Part shown: positions 36,677 through 45,582 of the stretch, one piece after another
Numbering within the stretch: position 1 is the first letter of the stretch
Layout: each line of letters begins with the position of its first letter
Source of the DNA: an uncultured Gammaproteobacteria bacterium
GTDB lineage: Bacteria > Patescibacteriota > Patescibacteriia > UBA1558 > GWA2-36-10
Length of the DNA: 64,000 bases
Direction of reading: 5' to 3'
Assembly (NCBI GenBank): GCA_964424615.1
Contig: CAYRIU010000046.1
Span: 525 to 64,524, forward strand
Translations under genes and position numbers: made by a program
Notes under the pieces: model-generated
What the model was told of the DNA's origin: nothing
Databases searched by the model: none
Seen by the model: only the letters and a program-made list of their open reading frames with translations

Positions 36677-38902
36677 TTATTTCTTGAAAAATGGTTTTTT
36701 ATTATATGGTTTTTTGAAAGGAGGACGCTCAACGTAACCCTCTGGCTTTGGCAACAGGTCTTTGATAGACAAACTGATCTTATTATTAGCTGTATCAACG
36801 TCTACAACTTTGACTTTGGCAGTATCACCAATATTCAAAACATCACTGACCTTCTCTACACGATTGTAGGCTAGCTGAGAAATATGCACCATGCCATCTT
36901 TACCAGGGACTAGCTCGACGATAGCGCCAATCTCATTGCCAGTGTTTCTATCTTTTATAATCTGAGTCACCTTACCATCATATATTTCACCGATCATGAT
37001 ATCTTTTACAATATTTTCAATCCATTGTTTGGCACGTTGGGCACCATCACTGTCAGTGGAAGTGATCAAAACCAAACCAGTTTGTTCAATATCGATTTGG
37101 ACATTACACTTGGCGATAATTTCATTGATGATCTTACCACCAGTGCCGATGACGTCTCTTATTTTATCTGGATTGATAGTCAAAGTAATGATGCGAGGAG
37201 CATATTGAGACAACTCCACTCTAGGAGTAGCAATAGCTTTTTTCATGACTTCCAAAATCTGCAATCTAGCCACTCGAGCTTTCTCTAAAGTCTCTCTGAC
37301 GATACCATAGCTGATACCGCCAAGTTTGATATCAAGCTGTATAGCAGTGATACCAGCTTCTGTGCCAGCCACTTTGAAATCCATGTGTCCAGCATGATCT
37401 TCTATGCCCTGGATATCAGTAAGTAATTGATAGCGGTTCTTATCTTCTTCATCCAAAACCAAACCCATAGCAATACCAGCAACTGGTGCTGTGATAGGCA
37501 CGCCAGCATCCATCAATGATAATGTGGAACCACAGATTGAGGCCTGTGAGGATGATCCGTTGGATTCTAATACTTCTGATACTACACGAATAGTATAGGG
37601 GAAATTTTCATCCTTTGGTAACACTGGCACCAAAGCTTTTTCAGCTAAAGCACCATGGCCAATCTCACGTCTACCTGGGCCACGCAAAGGCTTCACCTCA
37701 CCCACAGAAAATCCTGGGAAGTTGTAGTGATGCATATATTTTTTGGCGCCAGATTCTTCCATCGAGTCTAGAGTCTGTTCGTCACCAGGTGCTCCCAGTG
37801 TCACGACTGACAAAACTTGGGTCTCACCACGAGTAAACAAGCCACTACCATGAGTACGAGGCAAAAGTGCTACTTCAGCAGCCAGTGGTCTGATCTCATC
37901 CATCTGACGACCATCTGGTCTTTTCTTCTTATCCAAGACTAGAGACTTAAAAGCTTTTTCCAAGGCCATATCAAACATAGAAACACCCATGGCTCTACCA
38001 TCTTTACTAACTTCATTGTCACTTTTAAGTAATTGGTCTAGCTCAACTTTGACTTCTTCTATAGCCTTCTTTGTTTTTGATTTGTCAGCATGAAAACAAG
38101 CGCTCAAATCTCTGCTCTGCAAAAAATTTACAACTTTTTCTTCAATCATTTTTTGCATAGCCTGCTTATCAGCGTCTACTATCACTTCACGTTTTGGCAC
38201 GCCAGCTTGCTTGATCACATCCTCAATAAAAGATATTAATTTTTTGATATGTTTACCAGCAAAATCAATAGCTCCTGCCATGTCTTCTTCTTTGACTTGG
38301 TGAGCTCCAGCTTCAATCATCACTACTTCTTCGGCAGAGCTGACCACAAACAAATCCAAATCACTCTTTTGTCTAGCTTCGACAGTAGGGTTGATCACTA
38401 GCTCATTATTGATACGACCAATTTTGACAGCTCCTACTGGACCATTCCATGGTATGGGTGATATACCCAAAGCTATAGAAGCAGCTATCAAGCTAGGAAA
38501 TTCTGGATCATTGATACCGTCATAACACAAGACTGTCAAAACCACCTGCACATCAGCACGATCTGTTTCTTTGAATAGCGGTCTGATAGAGCGATCAATC
38601 AAGCGTGAAGTCAAAACAGCTTCGTCAGTTGCCCGACCTTCTCTTTTGATAAAGCGTGAGCCTTTGATTTTACCAGCAGCATAAAGACGCTCTTCATAAT
38701 CCACTAGTAGTGGAAAATAATCCACTCCTTCTCTAGCCTGTGAGGCCATGACGCTCGTAGCCAAAACTACTGTATCCCCATAGGAAACAGTACAAGAACC
38801 ATGAGCTTGTTTTGCTAGCTTACCGATCTCTACTTTGAGCTCTCGGCCAGCCACTTCGGTAGTAAATTGTTTACTAGCCATATTATTTTCTTTCTCTGGC
38901 AA
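36677..38902 (-). CDS. pnp: Polyribonucleotide nucleotidyltransferase (PNPase).
   Basis: Two RNase PH domains, KH and S1 domains; 741 aa. Confidence 0.95.
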   Translation of the reverse strand: MPEKENNMASKQFTTEVAGRELKVEIGKLAKQAHGSCTVSYGDTVVLATSVMASQAREGVDYFPLLVDYEERLYAAGKIKGSRFIKREGRATDEAVLTSRLIDRSIRPLFKETDRADVQVVLTVLCYDGINDPEFPSLIAASIALGISPIPWNGPVGAVKIGRINNELVINPTVEARQKSDLDLFVVSSAEEVVMIEAGAHQVKEEDMAGAIDFAGKHIKKLISFIEDVIKQAGVPKREVIVDADKQAMQKMIEEKVVNFLQSRDLSACFHADKSKTKKAIEEVKVELDQLLKSDNEVSKDGRAMGVSMFDMALEKAFKSLVLDKKKRPDGRQMDEIRPLAAEVALLPRTHGSGLFTRGETQVLSVVTLGAPGDEQTLDSMEESGAKKYMHHYNFPGFSVGEVKPLRGPGRREIGHGALAEKALVPVLPKDENFPYTIRVVSEVLESNGSSSQASICGSTLSLMDAGVPITAPVAGIAMGLVLDEEDKNRYQLLTDIQGIEDHAGHMDFKVAGTEAGITAIQLDIKLGGISYGIVRETLEKARVARLQILEVMKKAIATPRVELSQYAPRIITLTINPDKIRDVIGTGGKIINEIIAKCNVQIDIEQTGLVLITSTDSDGAQRAKQWIENIVKDIMIGEIYDGKVTQIIKDRNTGNEIGAIVELVPGKDGMVHISQLAYNRVEKVSDVLNIGDTAKVKVVDVDTANNKISLSIKDLLPKPEGYVERPPFKKPYNKKPFFKK

Positions 38903-39044
38903 GGGCTAGATATAGTTGATGTGACAAATTACAGACAACTTGATTAAGCTATCTACAATCTGCCAACCAACCCCACACTAGCTGCATCTTGCCTTAATTA
39001 ATTTTTATACAAGAGCCCTGTAAAAATACAGGGCCTTTGTTTAT

Positions 39045-39401
39045 TTACTCTTTATCTTTTTCTTCTTCCTCACCACTCTCTTCTGGAGCACCGAGCACAA
39101 TCTCATCTCGTAAAGCGTCATTCTTTTCTTTCTTGCTAAACTTCAAACCCAAGGTGTTTAACAATTTAGTAAAGCGTTTTTCATCCTCACGCTCCAAATA
39201 ACGCAATAATTTGTGACGAAGAGACACTTTGGCGATCAAACCACGGCGAGAAGAAAAATCTTTTTTATTCTCTTTCAAATGTCTGGTCAATTCTTTGATC
39301 TCCTCGGTAAGGATAGCAATCTGCACCTCTGGAGAACCAGTGTCGTTTTTGTGAGTCTTAAACTTTTCAATGAGTTTAAGCTTCTTTTTCTTGTCCAACA
39401 T
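39045..39401 (-). CDS. rpsO: Ribosomal protein S15 with an approximately 36-aa acidic C-terminal extension. Start taken at MLDKKKK.
   Basis: KTHKNDTGSPEVQIAILTEEI...HKKDFSSRRGL...LGLKF matches S15. The tail ...APEESGEEEEKDKE is extra. Confidence 0.8.
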   Translation of the reverse strand: MLDKKKKLKLIEKFKTHKNDTGSPEVQIAILTEEIKELTRHLKENKKDFSSRRGLIAKVSLRHKLLRYLEREDEKRFTKLLNTLGLKFSKKEKNDALRDEIVLGAPEESGEEEEKDKE

Positions 39402-39552
39402 GTTTTTTCCCTTTATTACCATGTAGCCGAGCAAACCTCTATAGTCAGACTATTGTCAGGTCAAACCAAGCTATAGGTATCAATAATTAAGTGAATGGAT
39501 ATTACCACTTTTAAGCATAAAAGTCAATTTAATAGAGATTTAAGTTCTACTA

Positions 39553-39581
39553 TTGACAAAATAGCTAAAATATGCTATTAT
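39553..39581 (+). promoter_or_regulatory. Sigma70-like promoter (TTGACA, 17 nt, TATTAT) upstream of the small-peptide array.
   Basis: Hexamer match. Confidence 0.35.
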
Positions 39582-39697
39582 TATATATTAATTGCAGTAC
39601 CTTAAAAGTAGCAAATATACAGTTATAGCGCCTAGATTAGCTAATATTCTAGCTAATTTAAGTGCTGTAACTGTAAACAAGACTCAATTCTCTATCC

Positions 39698-39710
39698 TTA
39701 CATGGTGTAA
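39698..39710 (+). promoter_or_regulatory. Palindromic operator-like site TTACATGGTGTAA upstream of peptide a. A paralogous site TTACACAATGTAA lies at 39957-39969 upstream of peptide b.
   Basis: TTACA-N3-TGTAA inverted repeats. Each is followed about 15 nt later by a conserved 20-nt leader GAGTCAGACCAAGT(A/G)CGAGG. Confidence 0.45.
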
Positions 39711-39747
39711 GAGCAAAGAAGCGAGTCAGACCAAGTACGAGGAAGAA

Positions 39748-39915
39748 ATGAAGAACATTCTCAAGGCTTCATTCCTGACCATTGGATATGTCGTGATGAG
39801 CGTCCTGACCGGAATCAAGAACGACAGCCCCATCGTCCTTGTTTTCATAGGGTCGCTAATTTTCTTTGAGGTGCGGGCGCTTCACGACAAACTCGAGCGC
39901 TTGCCCAAGAACTAG
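39748..39915 (+). CDS. Small membrane peptide a (55 aa; MKNILKASFLTIGYVVMSVLTGIKNDSPIVLVFIGSLIFFEVRALHDKLERLPKN).
   Basis: First of three tandem GC-rich cassettes with a shared leader; hydrophobic core and charged tail. Confidence 0.5.
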   Translation: MKNILKASFLTIGYVVMSVLTGIKNDSPIVLVFIGSLIFFEVRALHDKLERLPKN

Positions 39916-40007
39916 CCAGATCCTTCGCCGAGCCTAACAACTCAACTCCAATTTTCTTACACAATGTAAGGATAAAGGAGTGAGTCAGACCAAGTGCGAG
40001 GGTAAAA

Positions 40008-40094
40008 ATGTCGTGGTCAGACGTCGCCTGTCTCATCGTCGGCATCATGCTGGGGATCATCACGAGAATCATTCGGACGCGCCCCAGGGACTAA
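40008..40094 (+). CDS. Small membrane peptide b (28 aa; MSWSDVACLIVGIMLGIITRIIRTRPRD).
   Basis: Single TM helix plus Arg-rich C-terminus. Preceded by an operator-like IR and the conserved leader. Type I toxin-like architecture. Confidence 0.5.
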   Translation: MSWSDVACLIVGIMLGIITRIIRTRPRD

Positions 40095-40161
40095 CCCTTT
40101 CCTTCGCCGCTATTCGCGAGTAACCAGCCAGCTCACCGACCAACAAAAGTGCGAGAGAGCA

Positions 40162-40260
40162 ATGTCGCTGACAGATTTCATCTGTCTCCTCTGCGGGACA
40201 GTTCTGGGGTTCGTCATTGGCCACACACTCAAGAACCGCCGCAAGAACCGCCGGAGGTAA
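40162..40260 (+). CDS. Small membrane peptide c (32 aa; MSLTDFICLLCGTVLGFVIGHTLKNRRKNRRR).
   Basis: Single TM helix plus poly-basic tail. Leader AAGTGCGAGAGAG is related to the a and b leaders. Confidence 0.5.
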   Translation: MSLTDFICLLCGTVLGFVIGHTLKNRRKNRRR

Positions 40261-40297
40261 CAACCTCGCTCGTCCATTGCGCACACCTGGCGCATCA

Positions 40298-40345
40298 GAC
40301 CTCGGTAGCATCACACATATGTGAGTGCCGAGGTCTTTTTCTTTT
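40298..40345 (+). terminator. Rho-independent terminator closing the peptide array (GACCTCGG...CCGAGGTC plus TTTTTCTTTTT).
   Basis: 8-bp GC stem plus T-run. Confidence 0.6.
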
Positions 40346-40396
40346 TGTCAAAAACTCTAGCTACATTTTTGTGTCGTTTTATGATAATATGTATGT

Positions 40397-41215
40397 ATGG
40401 AAAAAAATTCTTTAGCTAAATACAAATTATATTTAAAAAGTAAAGACTTGAAGCCCAGCACCATCAAAAATTATAGCTGGCATGTGGGGCAATTTTTGCT
40501 ATGGTCTGAAAATAAGTCCGCCAGAGGCGGGTCCGCCTCTGGCGGAAAAATAACCGCTCCCCTTTTAAAAAAATATAAAGAATTTTTACTAGCCAAACAA
40601 AAAAATATTGGTAGTATCAATCTACGCCTTATCATCATAAATAACTACCTACACTTTATTGGTATCAGATACTCTTTTGAGCTCCTGACTGAGCACAAAG
40701 ATAGACTAGCTGCTCTCACACCTTTGCAATTACAAAATTTTTTGGACCAACCCTTGAAAAAAAATAACCCTGTTGGTCACAGAGACAAAGCTTTATTAGA
40801 AATTTTATATGCTAGCGGTCTCAAGGTCAGCGACCTAGTCAATCTCCAAAAAAACCAAGTTGATTTTTTGAGTCGCGAAATAATACTAGACAAAAAACAC
40901 ATTACTCTACCACCCTATGCTCTGCACTATCTAGAAAAATATATTAATTTCAGAAAAGATAAAAGTCCTTGGCTATTTATAAACTTTGATCGCAGTAAAA
41001 AAGCTGGCGAAAAACCACTTTCTGTCCGCTCAGTCGAAAGAATGGTAGAAAAATATGCCTTGGCACTACGACCAAGACTAAAAATCACTCCCCAAATACT
41101 GCGCAACACCCTAGCCTACAATCTCAAAAGCCAAGGCGTGACTGGCTCTGGACTCAAAGAAGCTCTACACTTCAAAACAAAAGTAGGCGCCGGTAATTAT
41201 CTAAACAGATTATAA
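40397..41215 (+). CDS. Tyrosine site-specific recombinase (XerC/XerD/integrase family), with a GC-palindrome-encoded insertion SARGGSASGG in the N-terminal domain.
   Basis: Core-binding-like N-terminus; GLKVSDLVNLQ patch; C-terminal R...LRNT...H...Y arrangement. 272 aa. Confidence 0.65.
   Translation: MEKNSLAKYKLYLKSKDLKPSTIKNYSWHVGQFLLWSENKSARGGSASGGKITAPLLKKYKEFLLAKQKNIGSINLRLIIINNYLHFIGIRYSFELLTEHKDRLAALTPLQLQNFLDQPLKKNNPVGHRDKALLEILYASGLKVSDLVNLQKNQVDFLSREIILDKKHITLPPYALHYLEKYINFRKDKSPWLFINFDRSKKAGEKPLSVRSVERMVEKYALALRPRLKITPQILRNTLAYNLKSQGVTGSGLKEALHFKTKVGAGNYLNRL
40517..40546 (+). repeat. Perfect 14-bp-stem GC palindrome (TCCGCCAGAGGCGG-GT-CCGCCTCTGGCGGA) inserted in frame within the recombinase ORF.
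   Basis: Self-complementary 30-mer of the CCGCCA-N-TGGCGG family. It encodes SARGGSASGG without breaking the frame. Confidence 0.65.
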
Positions 41216-41252
41216 AAAAAGCCCCACTTGCTGGGGGCTATTTTTGATAAAA

Positions 41253-41615
41253 TTATTTCAGATCTCCTATGTAAAAGGCTGGCAATTGCTCTTTAGACTG
41301 TCTGGCATGCATAGTGTTAAAAAATTCTGTCATATCCTTGCCGCAACCTTGTAAAATCTTATCGCCACCTGGATGATTGGGGATAAAACTAGTTACATCA
41401 TAAACCTTGCCATTTGATGCTAGCCAACAATCCTCTCCGGAGGCGTGTTGAGCAACCTCATCCAAGGTGTAGCTAGCAGCCGATGGAGCTTGATTAGTGT
41501 TTTCCATATTTTCTTTATTTTGATTATCCTCTGGTATGGAAATATTATTATTTGCTTTGATTCCACACCCTGTAAGTACCACAGCCATTGCTATGATTAA
41601 TATATATTTTTTCAT
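41253..41615 (-). CDS. Lipoprotein with a cytochrome b5-like heme/steroid-binding domain.
   Basis: Lipobox LTGC; HPGG motif (FIPNHPGGDKIL) in a b5-like domain. Confidence 0.65.
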   Translation of the reverse strand: MKKYILIIAMAVVLTGCGIKANNNISIPEDNQNKENMENTNQAPSAASYTLDEVAQHASGEDCWLASNGKVYDVTSFIPNHPGGDKILQGCGKDMTEFFNTMHARQSKEQLPAFYIGDLK

Positions 41616-41686
41616 ACGATATATTTAACTAATAATTAATAATTTTTGTATTATAGCACAGTTTTTTACTCTACAAAATATGCTTT

Positions 41687-42976
41687 TTAGCTATCCCTCA
41701 AATAACCCCAAGTGTTGAGCTTGTCACTATCTTCATACCAACGATCACCAATATCAGTGCGATAATACATATTGGGTATCATCAGATTGCCGACACGATT
41801 GTAGACGTGCTTTTGGGCTTGCTTCATAGTCAAACCACTACCCGTGATAGTCAATACTACACCTGCCTCACCAGCCACCAACCACTCGCCCTTTTCCATT
41901 TTAGCATCTTCAAAATGCACACCGTCATAATGTGGCTTGCGAAAAAGGATCACGGCGTTTTTGGAAAAAGAATCAAAAGTTGCTGGATCAACAAATGGAT
42001 ATTGAGGCACTATGATCATGACGCCAATCTGAAAACCTTTTTTGGTCTTGATGACAAAATCTTCTCCCGCCGCCATCTTATAAAAAAATTCTCCCATAGG
42101 CATAGCCACACCTTCTTGTTGGATAAAAATAGTAGGGTAGCCAAAACGAGAAGTAAATTCCAAAGGATAGATGCCATTACCATTGACTATACAATTGATA
42201 TCTATATAGCCGACAAAATGCTCCTCGGCTAGTTTGGTTTCCAATTTCTTTAAAGTAGCGTTAAATATTTTGTTGGGCTGACTCCAAAACATACTAGTAC
42301 CCATCTCACCAGTAGATGGTCCCAAATTACCAGGGAATAATTTTTTGTGTTCAAAATTGACATTGATGGGATTCAAAAATTTCTGCCCATTAAAAAAAGC
42401 CCCAATAGCCACCTCTACACCAACTACTCTTTTTTGCAATTGTAACTCAGCTACCTGCTCTGAAAAAACCTTTTTATAGGCCTCAAGCATATGCAAGACA
42501 TCTTGACCATCCTCCTCTTCTCCGATGAATAAAAAAGATTTTGAAACATGAGACTCACCGCTAGATTTGATCACATAGCGACCTGGATTTTTTTTCACAA
42601 AATCAATAGCTTGATCAAAAGAGGTAAATATCTGATAAGGGATGATAGCTATACCAACTTTTTTCATCTCTTCTTGACCAAAGCTACGATCATCTTCTAG
42701 CTTGTCTGTATAGCTAGTACCGCCTATGACTAATTTACCTTTTTTCCTCAGACCCTCAGCTATAGCACCCTGTCCCAAGGTATCATCAAAAACAATCACA
42801 TCGGCCCAGTCTACCCAGTCCTCCCACTTATCGATACGATCTACAAAACCAGTGCCAATGTCGGCAGAGTTTTTATCGCTGATATAGACTTTGACTTGAT
42901 TACCCTCCTTGGCTATGAGCCAAGCGATATCGCACAATAGACCTTCGATACTGATAAATAAAAACTTTTTACCCAT
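41687..42976 (-). CDS. ATP-grasp enzyme of the PurD (phosphoribosylamine-glycine ligase) family, divergent N-terminus.
   Basis: EFTSRFGYPT aligns with EFNCRFGDPE. The C-terminal KQAQKHVYNRV...YRTDIG aligns with the PurD C-domain. 429 aa. Confidence 0.5.
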   Translation of the reverse strand: MGKKFLFISIEGLLCDIAWLIAKEGNQVKVYISDKNSADIGTGFVDRIDKWEDWVDWADVIVFDDTLGQGAIAEGLRKKGKLVIGGTSYTDKLEDDRSFGQEEMKKVGIAIIPYQIFTSFDQAIDFVKKNPGRYVIKSSGESHVSKSFLFIGEEEDGQDVLHMLEAYKKVFSEQVAELQLQKRVVGVEVAIGAFFNGQKFLNPINVNFEHKKLFPGNLGPSTGEMGTSMFWSQPNKIFNATLKKLETKLAEEHFVGYIDINCIVNGNGIYPLEFTSRFGYPTIFIQQEGVAMPMGEFFYKMAAGEDFVIKTKKGFQIGVMIIVPQYPFVDPATFDSFSKNAVILFRKPHYDGVHFEDAKMEKGEWLVAGEAGVVLTITGSGLTMKQAQKHVYNRVGNLMIPNMYYRTDIGDRWYEDSDKLNTWGYLRDS

Positions 42977-43085
42977 AAAATCGACTAATATTTAGACCCT
43001 TAAATTATATCACTTTGGTCAAAAAAAAGAATAGAGTAAAACAAAAAACCACCTAAAAAATAGCTGGTTCTTTGTCTCAAATAAT

Positions 43086-44855
43086 CTATGAAATAAATCC
43101 ACCAACCTGCTTGGACCACAAGCGCTTATAAAAACCATTGCGAGCCAATAATTCTTGATGTGTGCCCTGCTCTACTATCTGGCCACCCTCTATGACCACT
43201 ATCCTATCCATTTTCATTATAGTAGATAGACGATGAGCAATGACAATCACTGTCTTATTCTTCATGAGATTGGCTAGGGCTTTTTGAATCAACTCTTCAG
43301 ACTCAGAGTCTAGGCTGCTTGTTGCTTCATCCAACACCAAAATTGGTGCATTTTTGATGATAGCTCTTGCTATAGCTATACGCTGTCTTTCACCACCAGA
43401 AAGACGGACTCCTCGTTCACCCACAAAAGTATCATAGCCCTCAGTGAAGCCTTTGATAAACTCATGGCAATGGGCCATCTTGGCTGCTTTGACCACTTGA
43501 TCCTGACTAGAGCCCCAAAGACCATAGGCAATATTTTCACTCAAAGTCCTATGAAACAAAATCGGGTCTTGATTGACCAAGGCAATGTTGGACCAGAGAC
43601 TTTCCTGAGTAACGCGACTTATATTTTGTCCATCGATAGCGATCTGCCCATCACTCAAATCGTGCTGTCTCAGTAAAATACTAGCAATAGTAGATTTACC
43701 ACCACCAGATGGACCGACTATGGCTACTTTTTCTTTTGGCTGAATAGCCAGATTCAAGTCTTTGATGATTTGCCTAGTTTGATTGTAGCTAAAGCTGACT
43801 GCAGAAAATTCTATCTGACCAGCTGTCACTTTTAGTTGCTTAGCTTTTGGCATATCGACAATATCATGAGGAGTTTCCAAAACCTCGGTCATCTCTTGAG
43901 CATCGGCCATAGCTTCATAGTAGTATCTGATGATACGACCGAAATCCCACAAACGATCAAACATATTAATCAAATAAGTTTGGATCAAGACAAAGTCACC
44001 AATGGTCACCAAACCTAATCGCCATAGATGCAGAGCATAAAACATCAGGCCGATTTCCAAGCCAATCATCATCAATGTCTGAACAGATTCAAAATAATTG
44101 GTCAGGTTCCAAGAAAAATTACGTGCTGCTTGAAGCTGGCTAGTTATTTTACGAAAGGCATTATTTTCTCTATTATAGCCGTTGAACAATTTTATATTGA
44201 GCTGATTAGTAATCGTATCAGCCAAAGCACCACTCACTTTAGAATCAAGCTCACTACGCCTAATGTCATATTTTAATTTATAACGACTAAAAACAAAATT
44301 AATAACACAAAATATTATTACCCACAATAACACAGCCATACCTACTAAGATATTACGTCTTGATAAAACGTAAACTATCAGGGAAACATTTATCACTATA
44401 GGTATTAGGTTCCAAGCAAAGACATCCATGATGGAGCCAAAAGAATAAACAAAACGATTTACTTTTTTGACTAGTGAGCCGGCAAAATTATTATTAAAAA
44501 AAGAAACCGAATGTTTATGCAGATAGGCAAAGCAATGATTAAATAAATCCGCCATCACGTGTGTCTGGGCATGACTAGCTGTAAAACTCAAAACCCGCCA
44601 ACATACCCAAGAAAGTAGCTCAAGAACCAAAATCACTAATAATACTTCTGTAAATTGTCCGGAGCTAGCTGCCTCTCCACTCTTGGTCAACAAATCAAAG
44701 AATTTTTTGTAATAAATGGGCACTGCCACCCGCGCCGCTGAAGCCAAAATAATAAAAATCAAGATAACTAAAAAAGAAATACGGTATTTCTTTGCGTATT
44801 GAAAATAATAAGAAAAAGTCTGTTTAGTAAAAGTTTTATTTTTTGTGTCTGCCAT
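43086..44855 (-). CDS. ABC exporter, fused permease-ATPase (MsbA-like).
   Basis: 6 TM plus NBD with Walker A GPSGGGKST, signature LSGGERQRIAIARA, Walker B ILVLDEATS. Confidence 0.85.
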   Translation of the reverse strand: MADTKNKTFTKQTFSYYFQYAKKYRISFLVILIFIILASAARVAVPIYYKKFFDLLTKSGEAASSGQFTEVLLVILVLELLSWVCWRVLSFTASHAQTHVMADLFNHCFAYLHKHSVSFFNNNFAGSLVKKVNRFVYSFGSIMDVFAWNLIPIVINVSLIVYVLSRRNILVGMAVLLWVIIFCVINFVFSRYKLKYDIRRSELDSKVSGALADTITNQLNIKLFNGYNRENNAFRKITSQLQAARNFSWNLTNYFESVQTLMMIGLEIGLMFYALHLWRLGLVTIGDFVLIQTYLINMFDRLWDFGRIIRYYYEAMADAQEMTEVLETPHDIVDMPKAKQLKVTAGQIEFSAVSFSYNQTRQIIKDLNLAIQPKEKVAIVGPSGGGKSTIASILLRQHDLSDGQIAIDGQNISRVTQESLWSNIALVNQDPILFHRTLSENIAYGLWGSSQDQVVKAAKMAHCHEFIKGFTEGYDTFVGERGVRLSGGERQRIAIARAIIKNAPILVLDEATSSLDSESEELIQKALANLMKNKTVIVIAHRLSTIMKMDRIVVIEGGQIVEQGTHQELLARNGFYKRLWSKQVGGFIS

Positions 44856-44900
44856 ATTTATATAGACGGCTATAAAGTCTACTAATTACAGCGCCCCAAT

Positions 44901-45521
44901 CTACTTTATAATATTAACGGTGCTAGATAGCTTCCCTCGGATAACACCCAAGTCTACTTCCGAATAGTGATTACCTGAGATATCTAAAGTTTTTAAATTT
45001 TTAAGATTGCCTATTTCATAGGGCAAGCCAGTCAATTTATTATTAGACAAATTTAATATTTGTAAATTTTGAAGCTGACCAACTTCGGCTGGTACACCAG
45101 TCATGTTATTGTTGTGAGCGTCCAATATTTTTAATTTACTCATCTTACGAATTTCAGCTGGCAAAGCACCTTCTAGTAAATTATTGTCCAAATATAATTC
45201 TTCCAAACTAGTCAACTGACCAATCTCGGCTGGCAAATTTTTTAAATTATTATTAGATAAAATCAATTTACGGATTTTAGTTTTGGACAACAAACTTACA
45301 GGCAGACTATTCAAGCTCTGAGCACGTAAATCTACGGTATCTGATGAGCTGTCCTGTAAACCAGAATTCGCATTATTATTTGGCTGATTAGTATTAGCAT
45401 TATTATTGGTATTAGTATCAGTCTCTACTCTTGAACTACCAGAGCCCCATAGGCTACAAGCACTGAGTAAAAATAAACTAGAAAATAAAGTAACTATTAT
45501 TAAATATCTTTTGATCATCAT
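44901..45521 (-). CDS. Leucine-rich-repeat lipoprotein.
   Basis: Signal/lipobox LSAC; at least 6 LRRs of LxxLxxLxLxxNxL type. Confidence 0.7.
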   Translation of the reverse strand: MMIKRYLIIVTLFSSLFLLSACSLWGSGSSRVETDTNTNNNANTNQPNNNANSGLQDSSSDTVDLRAQSLNSLPVSLLSKTKIRKLILSNNNLKNLPAEIGQLTSLEELYLDNNLLEGALPAEIRKMSKLKILDAHNNNMTGVPAEVGQLQNLQILNLSNNKLTGLPYEIGNLKNLKTLDISGNHYSEVDLGVIRGKLSSTVNIIK

Positions 45522-45582
45522 AGACTTATCTTAATATTCATAGCTTCAATATAGCACGAGCTACAAAATATGAGTAGCTCAA

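Noticed and set aside
39845-40314. Minus-strand ORFs (39845..40072, 40069..40314, 40110..40295) overlapping the peptide array.
   Set aside because: They mutually overlap, lack SDs and run antisense to three cassettes with repeated leader, SD and start organisation. They are likely GC-content artefacts, though this cannot be fully excluded without homologues.
39600-40350. CRISPR array hypothesis for the tandemly repeated units.
   Set aside because: The repeats are irregular in length (about 180-260 bp units), share only the 20-nt leader and encode peptides with SDs. No short identical direct repeats with unique spacers are present.
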